A stretch of DNA of 62,732 nt, filler included, from Nitrospirota bacterium (GTDB lineage: Bacteria > JACPQY01), in NCBI GenBank assembly GCA_016180645.1. It is 3 parts of 3 records of this genome, joined end to end, with 100 filler letters (N's around TTAATTAATTAA, not from the genome) between each part and the next. Parts side by side here need not be neighbours in the genome. Positions count along the whole stretch, not along the records: positions 1 to 31,543 come from JACPAV010000004.1; positions 31,644 to 46,202 come from JACPAV010000019.1; 1 more part is not named here. One strand, written 5' to 3'. This document shows, piece by piece, positions 26,105-36,148 of the stretch. Made by a program: the position numbers and the translations under genes. Every line of letters starts with the position of its first letter. The stretch's first letter is position 1. Below the pieces are notes generated by a model. The model saw nothing but the letters and a program-made list of their open reading frames with translations. It was not told where the DNA came from and ran no database searches.

Positions 26105-27808
26105 CTACGCCAGTTCGAGGACTTCTTCCTGGGTGACGCGGAGGACTTCTTCGATGGTGGTGAGGCCGGCCTTCACTTTGTTGGCGCCATCTTCGCGGAG
26201 GGTGATCATGCCCTTGGAACGGGCCATCCGCTTGATGACGTTGGCGTCGGATTTCTGGACGATGAGTTCCTGGATGTAGCCGTCCACCAGGAGCACTTCA
26301 AAAATCCCAAGGCGGCCCATGAAGCCGGTGAAAAAGCATTGGGGGCAGCCTTTCCCGCGGAAGAACTGAATGCCGTTCGAGTCGCCGTTGATGCCGAGTT
26401 CCTCCACTTGGGACTGGGTCGGGACATACGCCTCGCGGCAGTCGGGGCAAATCGTCCGGATCAGCCGTTGGGCGATGACGGCGGTGAGGGAGGAGGAAAT
26501 CAGGAACGGCTCGATGCCCATGTCGATGAGCCGGGTGAGCGTGCCGGCCGCGTCGTTGGTGTGGAGAGTGGAGAAGACCAGGTGGCCGGTGAGGGAGGCC
26601 TGAATGGCGATCTCGGCGGTTTCGGCGTCGCGGATTTCGCCGACGAGGATGATATCCGGATCTTGACGCAGAATCGACCGGAGGGCGTTGGCGAACGTCA
26701 GTTCGATCTTCGGGTTCACCTGGATCTGTCCGATGCCCTTGATCTGGTATTCGATCGGGTCTTCCACCGTGATGATGTTCTTGTCCGGCGAATTGATTTT
26801 CGAGATGGCCGCGTAGAGCGTGGTGGTTTTTCCGGAACCCGTGGGGCCGGTCACCAGGATGATCCCGTTGCTGCGCTTGAGAAGGACGTCCAACATGCGG
26901 AGGTCCTTCTCGCCCATGCCGATTTCCGGGAGGTCGAGGAGCCCTTTGCTCTTGTCGAGCAGTCGCATGACGATGCGTTCACCGAAGGCGGTGGGAACCA
27001 CGGAGACGCGCACGTCCACGTCCTTTCCGGCGATGCGGAGCCGGATGCGCCCGTCCTGGGGCAGCCGCTTCTCCGCGATGTTCATGCCCGCCATGACTTT
27101 GATACGCGAAGTGATGGTGGGCTGGGCCGCTTTCGGGGGCGTGTGGACGTTGTAGAGGATGCCGTCCACTCGGTATCGAACCACCACCTCCCGCTCGAAC
27201 GGTTCGATGTGGATGTCGGTCGCGCGCTGCTTGATCGCGTTGTAAAGGAGCGAATTGACGAGGCGGATGATCGGTTGCTCATCCGTCACGTCCAAGAGGT
27301 CCTCCGGCTCAGGCAGGGCCTCGGCGTCGATGCCGAGGGTCTCATCCTTCAACTCCTCCATGGCCCGGCCGCTCGCGGCGAGTTTGTCGTAGATCTGATT
27401 CGTCAGGGCGACGATCCGGTCTTTCTCAGCCAGAAAAAGATCGAGAGGGCTTTCCAGGACCAGCCCCAGATCGTCGATCCCTTCGATGTCGAGGGGGTCG
27501 TGCAGAACCGTCAGGATGCTGCCGTTTTCGCGTTTGAGCGGGAGGATGTGATGGGTTCGCACGAATTGAATGGGAATGCGCTCGGCGAGTTCAATCTGGA
27601 GATCTTCGGGCGTTTTCTGGAGGATGGGGATGTCGAACTGCCGGCTGAGCGCCTGAATCAAATGCGTCTCATTGATCGACTTCTGCCTGACGAGGATCTC
27701 GCCGATACGTCCGCCTTTTGACTTCTGGGCCTCCAGCCCGTTTTCCACGGCTTCGGCCGAAATGCCGTAGTCCTGGACGAGAATTTCGCCGAGCTTGCGA
27801 TGGGTCAC
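26105..27808 (-). CDS. gspE: Type II secretion ATPase E
   Basis: MshEN-like KLGEIL, GPTGSGKTT, LRQDPD..GEIRD, tetracysteine motif. Confidence 0.96.
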   Translation of the reverse strand: MTHRKLGEILVQDYGISAEAVENGLEAQKSKGGRIGEILVRQKSINETHLIQALSRQFDIPILQKTPEDLQIELAERIPIQFVRTHHILPLKRENGSILTVLHDPLDIEGIDDLGLVLESPLDLFLAEKDRIVALTNQIYDKLAASGRAMEELKDETLGIDAEALPEPEDLLDVTDEQPIIRLVNSLLYNAIKQRATDIHIEPFEREVVVRYRVDGILYNVHTPPKAAQPTITSRIKVMAGMNIAEKRLPQDGRIRLRIAGKDVDVRVSVVPTAFGERIVMRLLDKSKGLLDLPEIGMGEKDLRMLDVLLKRSNGIILVTGPTGSGKTTTLYAAISKINSPDKNIITVEDPIEYQIKGIGQIQVNPKIELTFANALRSILRQDPDIILVGEIRDAETAEIAIQASLTGHLVFSTLHTNDAAGTLTRLIDMGIEPFLISSSLTAVIAQRLIRTICPDCREAYVPTQSQVEELGINGDSNGIQFFRGKGCPQCFFTGFMGRLGIFEVLLVDGYIQELIVQKSDANVIKRMARSKGMITLREDGANKVKAGLTTIEEVLRVTQEEVLELA

Positions 27809-27819
27809 CCCATCCCCTC

Positions 27820-30060
27820 CTACTGCCCTTCTTTTGTGGGCGGCGGCGGTTCCTGGGCCGGAGGCTCCGGAGTGGGAGATTCTTCCTTGGGTTTTGGGGG
27901 GGGCGTGGGTTCGGGTGGCGCCGGGCTTGCGTCAAAATTCTTTTCGGCCTCTCCGGAGCGCGGCGAATCAGGTGGCGCCGGTTCCTCCAGCCGATCACGC
28001 AGTTTCTTTGTTGCTTTTCTGTGCTCCTTCGTGGCGCGTTCGATGGTCTGGCGCATTTCCTGTTCCTTCCGGAGACCGAGATCGCGCACTTCTTCCGGTG
28101 TGCTGAGAACATAGGGAGTCAGGAAGATGAGCAGATTCGTCTTCAGAAGCGTTTTCTTCGACGACCGGAAGAGCCAACCGATGATGGGGATGTCGCCGAG
28201 AATCGGGACCTTGCTTTCGCTGATGCTGATCGTATCTTCGAGGAGGCCGCCGATGACCACCGTCTGTTTGTCCTGCACGACCAACGTGTTCTTGACCTGT
28301 CTTTTCCGCGTGATGAGGCCCTGTTGGCCGACCTGGAATCCGGTGGGCACCGACTCACTCACCGCGGAGATCTCCTGAGAGATCTTCAGGCGGACGGCCC
28401 CGCTCTCGTTGATTTGCGGTGTGACTTTAAGATTGATGCCCACGTCTTTTCGCTCGATGTTCTGGATGATCGGCGCGCCGGCCAGCGTCGATTGCTGCGT
28501 CTGGGTGATGAACGGAATGTTCGAGCCGACGATGATCTCGGCCTCCTCGTTGTCCATGGTTAGAATCTGTGGCGTGCTGAGGATGTTCACGTCGTTGTCG
28601 GAGGCCAGAGCGTTGAGGAACGCGCCGAAGGTGGGAAAGGCCAGCTTGGCGCCGCCGACATCAATCTCGAACTTCTCACCGAGGATTCCGAAGAACACGC
28701 CCGGCTTGGCGAAAGTGGCAATGCCCGTCCCGGCGGATGCCCCGGTCGCGCCGGTTCCTCCCCCGAGGGGAATGAGGGTGCTCGATCCGCCCAGGTTCGT
28801 GCCGCCGAAGGTGATCGCCCCGGCGCCGTCCTTGGAGGCCTGGCCGCCGTGGGCCACGATCCCCCACTCCTTCTTTCGATCAAACGAGACTTCCATGACC
28901 ACGCCTTCGACGTAGACCTGCTTGCGACGGACGTCGAGCTGCTGGATGACGGAATCGATGACCTCGTAGTCCCGCTGCGAGGCAATGATGATGAGAGAAT
29001 TCGTGGCCTTGTCCGCCGTGATTTTGACTCCGCCCTCCAACGTGACGCTCGATGGGGAGCCTCCGCCGCCGGGCTGGGAGGGGGGCGAGGGCTGCCCCGG
29101 CATTCCGGCGGATCCCGTTTGCCGCGTGGGAAGCCCCGACACGAGGCTGGCCAGCACTTGCGCGAGTTGCTCGGCATCCGCATAGTTGAGCGAGCGGACA
29201 CGGATCCGCCCGCCACCCGCCTCCACCGGCACGTCCAGATCCCCGATCAGCTTCTTGAGTTTCTCGATTTCGAGCCGGGGGCCGACGACGATGAGGACGT
29301 TCATCCTCTCATCCGGAATGATTTTCGTGATTCCTCCGGCGCCGGGCTGGCTGCCCGCGCGGCCGACCCGTCTTTGCCGTCCGGTCTGTTCAACGAAGAT
29401 TTGTGAGATCTGCTGGGCCAACGTGACCGCCGTCGCATATTTCAGGCGGACAATTTCGACGATGTCTTCGAAACCGGGAACGTCCAGCGTGTCGATGATA
29501 CGGAGGAGGCGAAGGATATTGGCCGATGTGTCGATGAAGATGAGCGTGTTGGTGGCGAGATAGGATTTGATCACGCCGTTGCGGGACACGAGATCGCGCA
29601 GGAGTCCTTCGATTTCGTCCGCGGGCACGTACTGGAGAGGAACCAGGCGCGTGATGAAGGTTTCCACCGGCGGGAGGGGCGTCTGTTCCACGCTCGTGGG
29701 AATGCTCTCCTGTTTGGCGTCCGTGGCCGGAATGATTTTCATGATCTTTCCGGAAGGTACGAGCGTGAACCCACGCACATTCATGACGCTCTCGTAGACG
29801 TGATAGGCCTCTTCGACGGTGACCGGCTGGGGCGAGATGATGGTGATCTTGCCGCGCACGCGCTCGTCGAGAATGAAGTTCTTCCCGGTCAGATTGCTGA
29901 TGGTTTTCGTGAGATCCTTGATGTCGAATTCGCCGTCGATGTTGACTTTCTCTTTCGGATCGAAGGTGGGCTTCCTGGCTGGCGCACCCGGCGCGGGGGC
30001 CTGGCCGGTGAATAGCAGGAAAAAGGCGAGGCCGATGGCGGCCCTGGAGAGAGGGCTCAC
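27820..30060 (-). CDS. gspD: Type II secretion secretin D
   Basis: KNFILDERVRG N0, ADKATNSL, NILSTP..DNEEA, KVPILGDIPIIGWLF. Confidence 0.96.
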   Translation of the reverse strand: MSPLSRAAIGLAFFLLFTGQAPAPGAPARKPTFDPKEKVNIDGEFDIKDLTKTISNLTGKNFILDERVRGKITIISPQPVTVEEAYHVYESVMNVRGFTLVPSGKIMKIIPATDAKQESIPTSVEQTPLPPVETFITRLVPLQYVPADEIEGLLRDLVSRNGVIKSYLATNTLIFIDTSANILRLLRIIDTLDVPGFEDIVEIVRLKYATAVTLAQQISQIFVEQTGRQRRVGRAGSQPGAGGITKIIPDERMNVLIVVGPRLEIEKLKKLIGDLDVPVEAGGGRIRVRSLNYADAEQLAQVLASLVSGLPTRQTGSAGMPGQPSPPSQPGGGGSPSSVTLEGGVKITADKATNSLIIIASQRDYEVIDSVIQQLDVRRKQVYVEGVVMEVSFDRKKEWGIVAHGGQASKDGAGAITFGGTNLGGSSTLIPLGGGTGATGASAGTGIATFAKPGVFFGILGEKFEIDVGGAKLAFPTFGAFLNALASDNDVNILSTPQILTMDNEEAEIIVGSNIPFITQTQQSTLAGAPIIQNIERKDVGINLKVTPQINESGAVRLKISQEISAVSESVPTGFQVGQQGLITRKRQVKNTLVVQDKQTVVIGGLLEDTISISESKVPILGDIPIIGWLFRSSKKTLLKTNLLIFLTPYVLSTPEEVRDLGLRKEQEMRQTIERATKEHRKATKKLRDRLEEPAPPDSPRSGEAEKNFDASPAPPEPTPPPKPKEESPTPEPPAQEPPPPTKEGQ

Positions 30061-30119
30061 GGGATTCGGGGGGCTATCCTCGCGGTCGAATCCGCGCAGG
30101 AAGAGTCGCAGATCGAGCG

Positions 30120-31025
30120 TTACCGGATGTCATAGTTGAAACTTTGGGCCGAGCCGTCGCGTTCCAGATCCAGGGAGAGGCGGGAGGCTGCCTTGAGCTG
30201 CGTGAACGCTTGGAGCGCTTCTTCGGTCGTCGTGATGTTCAAGCCGTTGATGCGGCGGAGGACGTCGCCGTTCTTGATCCCGATCTGGTCGAAGAGACTG
30301 TCCGGGCGGATCGAGAAGATCCGGAAGCCGTCGGGCTTGCCTTTGTCGAAGTGCGGCACCACGCGGGCCTGCGTCAGGAGCGTGCTGAGGTTTGAGAGGT
30401 GTTCGTTGACCGTGTTGCGGTCGAGTCTGTACTGGCCGGGCGCGACCTGCTGAGGCGGCGCGGTGGGGCCCGAAGGAGCGGGTGGGCTGTAGCTCGCGGT
30501 CTGAGGTTGCGCATCCACGGGCCTCGGTTTCCCCTCCTCGCAGAGCACGAGTTTCTCCAGGTACCCGAGCCGCTCGAAGTAGACCACCTGTCGATCCACT
30601 TTGACCAGCTTGACGTCCGGCTTGATCATGCCGCCGACGAAAAACAGATTGACGTCTTTGTTCGGGGTGTCGAGATCCTGGATGGACGCGAAGGAGTGGT
30701 CGGCTTGAGAGCTGACCACGGTGCCCACCAGACACAGGTTGAGCGAAGTGTGTTGAGCCGCATTGGGATCGATATCGGGTGTGGTTCCCTGGGCCGCCTG
30801 ATTCTCGGTGGCGGCGCCGAAAATATTTTTGTCGAGAATGGGCGAGTAGTCTTTGGCTGCCTGAACGGTGGTGGGTGCCTCCACGGGCGCCAAGGCCGCG
30901 GGTTTGGGCCGCGAACCGAAAGCCAAGTTCTGATCGATCACCGTCGTAACGAGATGGGCGTTGACGTACGAGATCAGCGTGAGAAGGGCAATGTTGATAA
31001 TGGTGCCGAGTTTCTGGGCGGTCAT
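30120..31025 (-). CDS. gspC: Type II secretion protein C (with PDZ domain)
   Basis: TM, L.LVGTV homology region, QARVVP..GFRIFSIRP..GIKNGDV. Confidence 0.92.
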   Translation of the reverse strand: MTAQKLGTIINIALLTLISYVNAHLVTTVIDQNLAFGSRPKPAALAPVEAPTTVQAAKDYSPILDKNIFGAATENQAAQGTTPDIDPNAAQHTSLNLCLVGTVVSSQADHSFASIQDLDTPNKDVNLFFVGGMIKPDVKLVKVDRQVVYFERLGYLEKLVLCEEGKPRPVDAQPQTASYSPPAPSGPTAPPQQVAPGQYRLDRNTVNEHLSNLSTLLTQARVVPHFDKGKPDGFRIFSIRPDSLFDQIGIKNGDVLRRINGLNITTTEEALQAFTQLKAASRLSLDLERDGSAQSFNYDIR

Positions 31026-31069
31026 TTTTGGTATTTTAGCTCAGAAAACGGGCACTTGCAAAGGGTTGA

Positions 31070-31543
31070 TCAGCGGGAACGGGAGACGACCCAACGGGCG
31101 ATCGCCCGGAGCGGGTCGGCCCCGGGTCCGAACGGGCGGAGGCTCCGCTGGGCGCTTTCGGCCAGATAATTCGCCTTGTTGCGCGCGCCCTCGATCCCGT
31201 AAAGGGTGACGAACGTGGTTTTCCTCAATTTCTCATCCTGGCCGGCCTCCTTGCCCAATTGGCTCGACGTGGAGGTGGCGTCGAGAAGATCGTCGGCGAT
31301 CTGAAAGGCCACGCCGATCTTGAGGCCGTATCGCTGCAGGGCGCCGAGGGTGGCGGCGGACGCCCCCTTCACCAGGGCTCCCGCGGTGAGGGCGGCTTGG
31401 ATGAGCGCGCCGGTCTTGCGCCGTTCGAGGTCTTCGATCCGTGCGGGTGTGGGTGTCGCGGGCACCTGTCCGATATCGATGGCCTGACCCGCCACCATTC
31501 CATCCGGACCGGAGGCGCGAGCGATGGCTTGGATAATCCGGAC
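31070..31543 (-). CDS. ispA: Polyprenyl (farnesyl) diphosphate synthase, 5' part lost at gap
   Basis: GMVAGQAID, KTGAL, AFQIADDLLD, GKEAGQD. Confidence 0.9.
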   Translation of the reverse strand, partial: VRIIQAIARASGPDGMVAGQAIDIGQVPATPTPARIEDLERRKTGALIQAALTAGALVKGASAATLGALQRYGLKIGVAFQIADDLLDATSTSSQLGKEAGQDEKLRKTTFVTLYGIEGARNKANYLAESAQRSLRPFGPGADPLRAIARWVVSRSR

Positions 31544-31643
31544 NNNNNNNNNNNNNNNNNNNNNNNNNNNNNNNNNNNNNNNNNNNNTTAATTAATTAAN
31601 NNNNNNNNNNNNNNNNNNNNNNNNNNNNNNNNNNNNNNNNNNN
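31544..31643. other. Artificial contig linker
   Basis: N44-TTAATTAATTAA-N44. Confidence 0.98.
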
Positions 31644-31901
31644 CAGAATGCCGATTCGTAGGGGAGCATCTTCAGATGCTCCCTCTTGTCGGGAGGGTCT
31701 GAAGACCCTCCCCTACGCATAATGACCAACATAAACCTTTCACAAAATGGCAAAAGTCGATCTCAGAGCCTCTGACAGAATGCCGATTCGTAGGGGAGCA
31801 TCTTCAGATGCTCCCTCTTGTCGGGAGGGTCTGAAGACCCTCCCCTACGCATAGTGACCAACATAAACCTTTCACAAAATGGCAAAAGTCGAGCTCAGAG
31901 C
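31644..31901. repeat. 132-bp tandem duplication containing the GTAG REP doublet
   Basis: Near-identical units start at 31644 and 31776. Confidence 0.9.
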
Positions 31902-33058
31902 GGCGGCTGGAATTCGAGGGCGTGGATCGTGCCGGCGTGTGTACGCACGAAGACCTTTCGCCCGGACACGACCGGTGTGGAAGTGATCGGAACCTGGGCC
32001 ATGAAGCGATCCATCACCTCCCCCGAATTCTTGTGGAGAAGGTACAAGCCGCCGTTCCAGGATCCCGCCGCCAGGAAGAGGCGTCCCATGAGGACCGGTG
32101 CGGTGAGGTAGGCCTCGGACAGCTTGGTGTCCCACCGGATCTCCCGATGGGGCATGTCCATTCGGACGACGTGACCGGCGCGGGAGGTCAAGTAGATGTC
32201 GTCGTCGATCACCAGCGGCGCTTCGGTTCCGGCGAGATCGAGCCACTTCTTCCAATCGCCGTTTTCGGTTTCGTGGACGTAGAGGCCTTCGCGGGTATTG
32301 AGGATGGTTAAGCCGCGGAAGAACACCGGACGAAGATTCAGGTCGCTCAGCTTTTCCAGCTTGTCGCTGAGACGCACCGTATCCAGGGGTTTTCCGTTCT
32401 CTGCATCCAGCATCACCCAAACACCGTCCGCCGTGGTGAAATACACCCGGGCGCCGTCGATCGAGACGGGAGCCGTACGCCGGTACGCGAGATCCGCCGT
32501 GTAGCCCGGCTCGTACCGCCAGAGAGGAGCGCCGGTTTCGCTGGACAGCGCGATCACCGTATCATCGGAGCTCACCACGAAGATCCGATTTCCTCCAACG
32601 ACCGGGGAGGTTGTGAATTCTTCCCGATCGACGTAGCGCCAGAGCTCGACTCCCGTGGAGGCCTCCAGGGCGAGCACGGCCCCGTCGACCGTGGCGGCAT
32701 ACACCCGCCCGTCCGCCGCGGCCACCGAACCCTCGATGGCCGACTGGGTATTGGACCACAACTCGCGCCCCGATTCAGAGTCGAGGCAGGCCAGCGCGGG
32801 ATGCTGGGCGAACGTGACGAAGAGACGCCCGTTCGCCAATACGGCGTCGGAGGTCTCGAAGGGAGCAATGCGCCCGTCCCATTCCTCGCGCGTGGGATTG
32901 TGTTCGGGGTACCGCCAGAGAAAACGGAAGTACGGTCGCGGATCTCCGGAGCGAACGAAGGGGATGTCTCGCGTGGCGTAGCAGGAAGCGAGGAGGACGG
33001 CGGCCGCCGCCAGGCTACCGGCCGCCCGTATCACCCTGAATGTGTTTGATCCAGGCAT
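31895..33058 (-). CDS. BamB-like PQQ-repeat beta-propeller lipoprotein
   Basis: Lipobox LASC; repeated A.D..TG..LW blades; follows yfgM-like gene. Confidence 0.8.
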   Translation of the reverse strand: MPGSNTFRVIRAAGSLAAAAVLLASCYATRDIPFVRSGDPRPYFRFLWRYPEHNPTREEWDGRIAPFETSDAVLANGRLFVTFAQHPALACLDSESGRELWSNTQSAIEGSVAAADGRVYAATVDGAVLALEASTGVELWRYVDREEFTTSPVVGGNRIFVVSSDDTVIALSSETGAPLWRYEPGYTADLAYRRTAPVSIDGARVYFTTADGVWVMLDAENGKPLDTVRLSDKLEKLSDLNLRPVFFRGLTILNTREGLYVHETENGDWKKWLDLAGTEAPLVIDDDIYLTSRAGHVVRMDMPHREIRWDTKLSEAYLTAPVLMGRLFLAAGSWNGGLYLLHKNSGEVMDRFMAQVPITSTPVVSGRKVFVRTHAGTIHALEFQPPL

Positions 33059-33776
33059 CGGACGTTCCGAGTTCGCGCATGAGGATGTCGTCGCGGATTT
33101 TCCTGCCCCAGAAGAGCGTGGACGCAGATTCCGTGGCCGCTTCCTCGAAAGCCTTCTTGGCCTCCACCGCCTTGCCCTCCGTTTCCAGAACCAAGGCGAG
33201 ATAGTACGGAACGATGGATTTCAGCGGTGAATCCAGCGTCTCCAACTTCTTGAATGTAGATCGAGCCTTTTCCGTATCCCCCTTCTCCAAATAGGCGTGT
33301 CCCAGGAGCTCTGTTGCCAGCGTCACGAGAACAGGGTAGCGGGCGCGCCTGAGTCCTTCTTCCAGCGGTGGGATGGCCTCGGCCGCTTTGCCGGCACGCA
33401 GGAGGCATCGTCCTTGGAGCACCCTCGCCCAAGCCACCACGGGCGTTCCCTTGTAGTCGGCGGCGAGTCTCGATGCCCGTTCGGCATATCCGCTCCAGAG
33501 AGGCGAGGCTTCCGCGGCCCCCGCCTGGGGGGCGCTCTCGAGGGACTGCATTTCCTTGACGAGCTTGGAGATCTCCCACGAACCCTTCTCAGCTCGTTCC
33601 TGCCGATGGCGACTGACGATCACGCTGCCGGCGGACGCCAAGACCAGCACTCCGATTGCGCCCCAAAGCCACTTCCTGTGCTTGTTGGCATAATCGAGGG
33701 TGCGGAACCCCGTCTGCTGGAACTCGTCCGGTCCGCGGATCTCTTTCCTCGTCAGTTTGATCTTTTTTTCCGGCAT
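33015..33776 (-). CDS. YfgM-like TPR membrane protein
   Basis: RKEIRGPDEF N-terminus, TM, TPR helices. Confidence 0.8.
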   Translation of the reverse strand: MPEKKIKLTRKEIRGPDEFQQTGFRTLDYANKHRKWLWGAIGVLVLASAGSVIVSRHRQERAEKGSWEISKLVKEMQSLESAPQAGAAEASPLWSGYAERASRLAADYKGTPVVAWARVLQGRCLLRAGKAAEAIPPLEEGLRRARYPVLVTLATELLGHAYLEKGDTEKARSTFKKLETLDSPLKSIVPYYLALVLETEGKAVEAKKAFEEAATESASTLFWGRKIRDDILMRELGTSDAWIKHIQGDTGGR

Positions 33777-33923
33777 GGCGGCTCCCTACGTGTGGATTTC
33801 GTTGCCTTCCTGGGCAGCGCCTAACTCTTCGGGTGCCGGCCGATCCATGGCGGCGCCCTCCGTTCGGGTTTCGTTGCCTTCCTGGGCAGCGCCTAACTCT
33901 TCGGGTGCCGGCCGATCCATGGC
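33774..33923. repeat. 72-bp tandem repeat (about two units)
   Basis: 55-nt identical blocks at 33797-33851 and 33869-33923. Confidence 0.9.
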
Positions 33924-35326
33924 CGGAAGTGTAGGCGAATCGGGACTTCGTGTAAACGAAAATCCCTCTGAAAGTGGTGGAGGAGAAAAGTCTGATAGTG
34001 GTCCGGCACGCGTCGGAGCGGGTGAACCGTGAGTGTAAACGCCGGGGGACGACTCCCCGTTTGACGGATGGTCCGGATCGAATATCCACGTCCTCCCACC
34101 CTCGGCGGCTGGTACGCCGCGAGCGCCTTCTTGAGGCTTTCCTGCGCGACTTCATCGGGAACATGGCGGGCGAGCTGCTCGTCCAGCCGATCCGTGAGCG
34201 GGAGAATCTGCTGTGTGCCGACGCCCGTCAACCCCGACAACTTCAGGATGGGGCAGAAGTTGAGATGCGGAAACCGGGAACGCACGGCCCATGCGGCCTT
34301 TTCGGAATCCTCGCTTGTCACGCGGTCGCATTGGGTGAGAATGAGGACCAAGCCCTTCCCCTGCTTGAGCGCGTGGTATCCAAGACGTACATCCTGAACG
34401 GCGCCCGGCTCGCGGACATCCATCACCAGCAGCGATACGTCCGAGTGATCGATGGATCGAAGCGCCTGACCGACGGACTTTTCTTCGAGCCGCGTTCCTA
34501 CCCGGGCGCGGCGGCGAATGCCGGCCGAATCGGTGAACACATAACGCCGGCCCTCGCGGACGAGATCTGCATCCACCACGTCGCGTGTCGTTCCGGCCTG
34601 AGGGTCGGTCATCATTCTCGCCTCGCCCAGAAGGGTATTGAGGAGAGTGGATTTTCCGGCGTTGGGGCGACCGACGATGGCCACGTGGATGGGAGGGGTG
34701 ACGGCCTGAGCCGGGGTCGGCTCCTGATCCGCCTCCGGAGTGGGCGGCATGGGCGGTATGGGGGTCAAGTCTTCCAGTTGTTCCCTACTCCTGGAGGCTT
34801 TCGATGCGCGAATGCGCGATCGAACGAAGTCCATCAGCGGCCCGATACCGCGACGATGAACGGCGGCGATGGGGAACGCCTTCTCAGCGGCAAGCCGGTG
34901 GAAATCGGACAGGGCCACGGCTTCAGGAAGGTGCTGGCCGCCCACGTCCATCTTGTTCACCGCCACGCAAAACGGTTTCCCCTTCTTTCGGATCGTGCGC
35001 GCGTTTTCCTCATCCAGCGGATGGCACCCGGTTGTCTGGTCGACCACCAGCACGACATAATCTGCATTCTCAATCGCCGCCTCAGCCTGTCGGTTGACGG
35101 CTTCTTGAATCCCCTCGCGCCGACCCGGCTCCAGCCCGCCGGTATCTTCAATTCGGTAGGTGACGCCCCGGATTTGAACTGTTTCGCCCACGCGATCCCG
35201 CGTCACGCCGGGTGTCGGATCCGCAACAGACCTCTCGTAGCCGAGGATCGCGTTGAATAGAGTCGACTTGCCGACGTTGACTCTCCCGACGATGGCCACC
35301 GTCGGGAGGGTCATCCCAGCAGCCAT
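33893..35326 (-). CDS. der: Ribosome biogenesis GTPase Der
   Basis: Two G domains (GRVNVGKST/DTGG/NKMD; GRPNAGKST/DSAG) and C-terminal KH-like domain. Confidence 0.9.
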   Translation of the reverse strand: MAAGMTLPTVAIVGRVNVGKSTLFNAILGYERSVADPTPGVTRDRVGETVQIRGVTYRIEDTGGLEPGRREGIQEAVNRQAEAAIENADYVVLVVDQTTGCHPLDEENARTIRKKGKPFCVAVNKMDVGGQHLPEAVALSDFHRLAAEKAFPIAAVHRRGIGPLMDFVRSRIRASKASRSREQLEDLTPIPPMPPTPEADQEPTPAQAVTPPIHVAIVGRPNAGKSTLLNTLLGEARMMTDPQAGTTRDVVDADLVREGRRYVFTDSAGIRRRARVGTRLEEKSVGQALRSIDHSDVSLLVMDVREPGAVQDVRLGYHALKQGKGLVLILTQCDRVTSEDSEKAAWAVRSRFPHLNFCPILKLSGLTGVGTQQILPLTDRLDEQLARHVPDEVAQESLKKALAAYQPPRVGGRGYSIRTIRQTGSRPPAFTLTVHPLRRVPDHYQTFLLHHFQRDFRLHEVPIRLHFRPWIGRHPKS

Positions 35327-35363
35327 TTGAGATTTGAGATTTGAGATTTGAGAGACGGTGGAG

Positions 35364-36116
35364 TCATTCGCTCTGCGCCTGATCCTTGATGGCCGCGATC
35401 GCGGCCTCGGCCGCGATCTGCTCGGCCGACTTCTTGCTCTTTCCCTCACCCTCGCCCAGCAGCCGTCCGTTGACGCTCACGGATATTCGGAAACATTTGT
35501 CATGGTCCGGCCCCCACTGCGCAACCGTCGAATACACCGGGATCGTTTTCCAGCGTTTCTGGCACAGCTCTTGGAGGAGCGATTTGAAATCGCGGCTGAA
35601 AGCTTCCACGCGCAGGTTCTCGGGGAGTTGGGTGAGCCACGCTCCGAAGTGCCGCTCAATCAGCCGGAAGGCCTCCGCGAAACCGCCATCCAGGTAGACG
35701 GCTCCCATGACGCTCTCATAGATGTCCGCCAGGATGGATTTCTTGGCGCGGCCCTGCGTGGCCTCTTCGCCCCGTCCGAGCTGAAGGAACCGCCCAAGGT
35801 CCAACGCGAGTGATCTCTCGTAAAGACTGTCCTCGCTCACCAGTTGCGACCGCAGCTTGGACAGCACGCCTTCTGCCGCATAGGGGAACCGACCCATGAT
35901 GATGTGCGTCATCGCGAGCTGGAGCACGGCGTCCCCCAGGAATTCGAGATTTTCGTAGTGGGGAATCCCCGCCTCAGAATCCGGAATGTTGGTATCGCGT
36001 ATTTCCTCCACAAACGATTTATGTGTGAGAGCGATTTCCAGAAAGCCGATCTCCTTGAACCGGTACTCCATGACCGATTCCAGATCTCCAAGGAGGCGGC
36101 GGCGTTCGTCGTCCAT
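35364..36116 (-). CDS. rnc: Ribonuclease III
   Basis: ENLEFLGDAVL, DFKSLLQE, GPDHD, GKSKKSAEQ. Confidence 0.97.
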   Translation of the reverse strand: MDDERRRLLGDLESVMEYRFKEIGFLEIALTHKSFVEEIRDTNIPDSEAGIPHYENLEFLGDAVLQLAMTHIIMGRFPYAAEGVLSKLRSQLVSEDSLYERSLALDLGRFLQLGRGEEATQGRAKKSILADIYESVMGAVYLDGGFAEAFRLIERHFGAWLTQLPENLRVEAFSRDFKSLLQELCQKRWKTIPVYSTVAQWGPDHDKCFRISVSVNGRLLGEGEGKSKKSAEQIAAEAAIAAIKDQAQSE

Positions 36117-36148
36117 CGGTCAGTCGGGACGGCCCCGCAAGAAAGGTC

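Noticed and set aside
31544-31643. TTAATTAATTAA within N runs (also 46203-46302)
   Set aside because: Artificial six-frame-stop linker; adjacency across it is not biological.
33797-33923. Possible CRISPR array (also the 132-bp repeat at 31644)
   Set aside because: Only two units, repeats too long, inter-repeat segments resemble each other, no cas genes.
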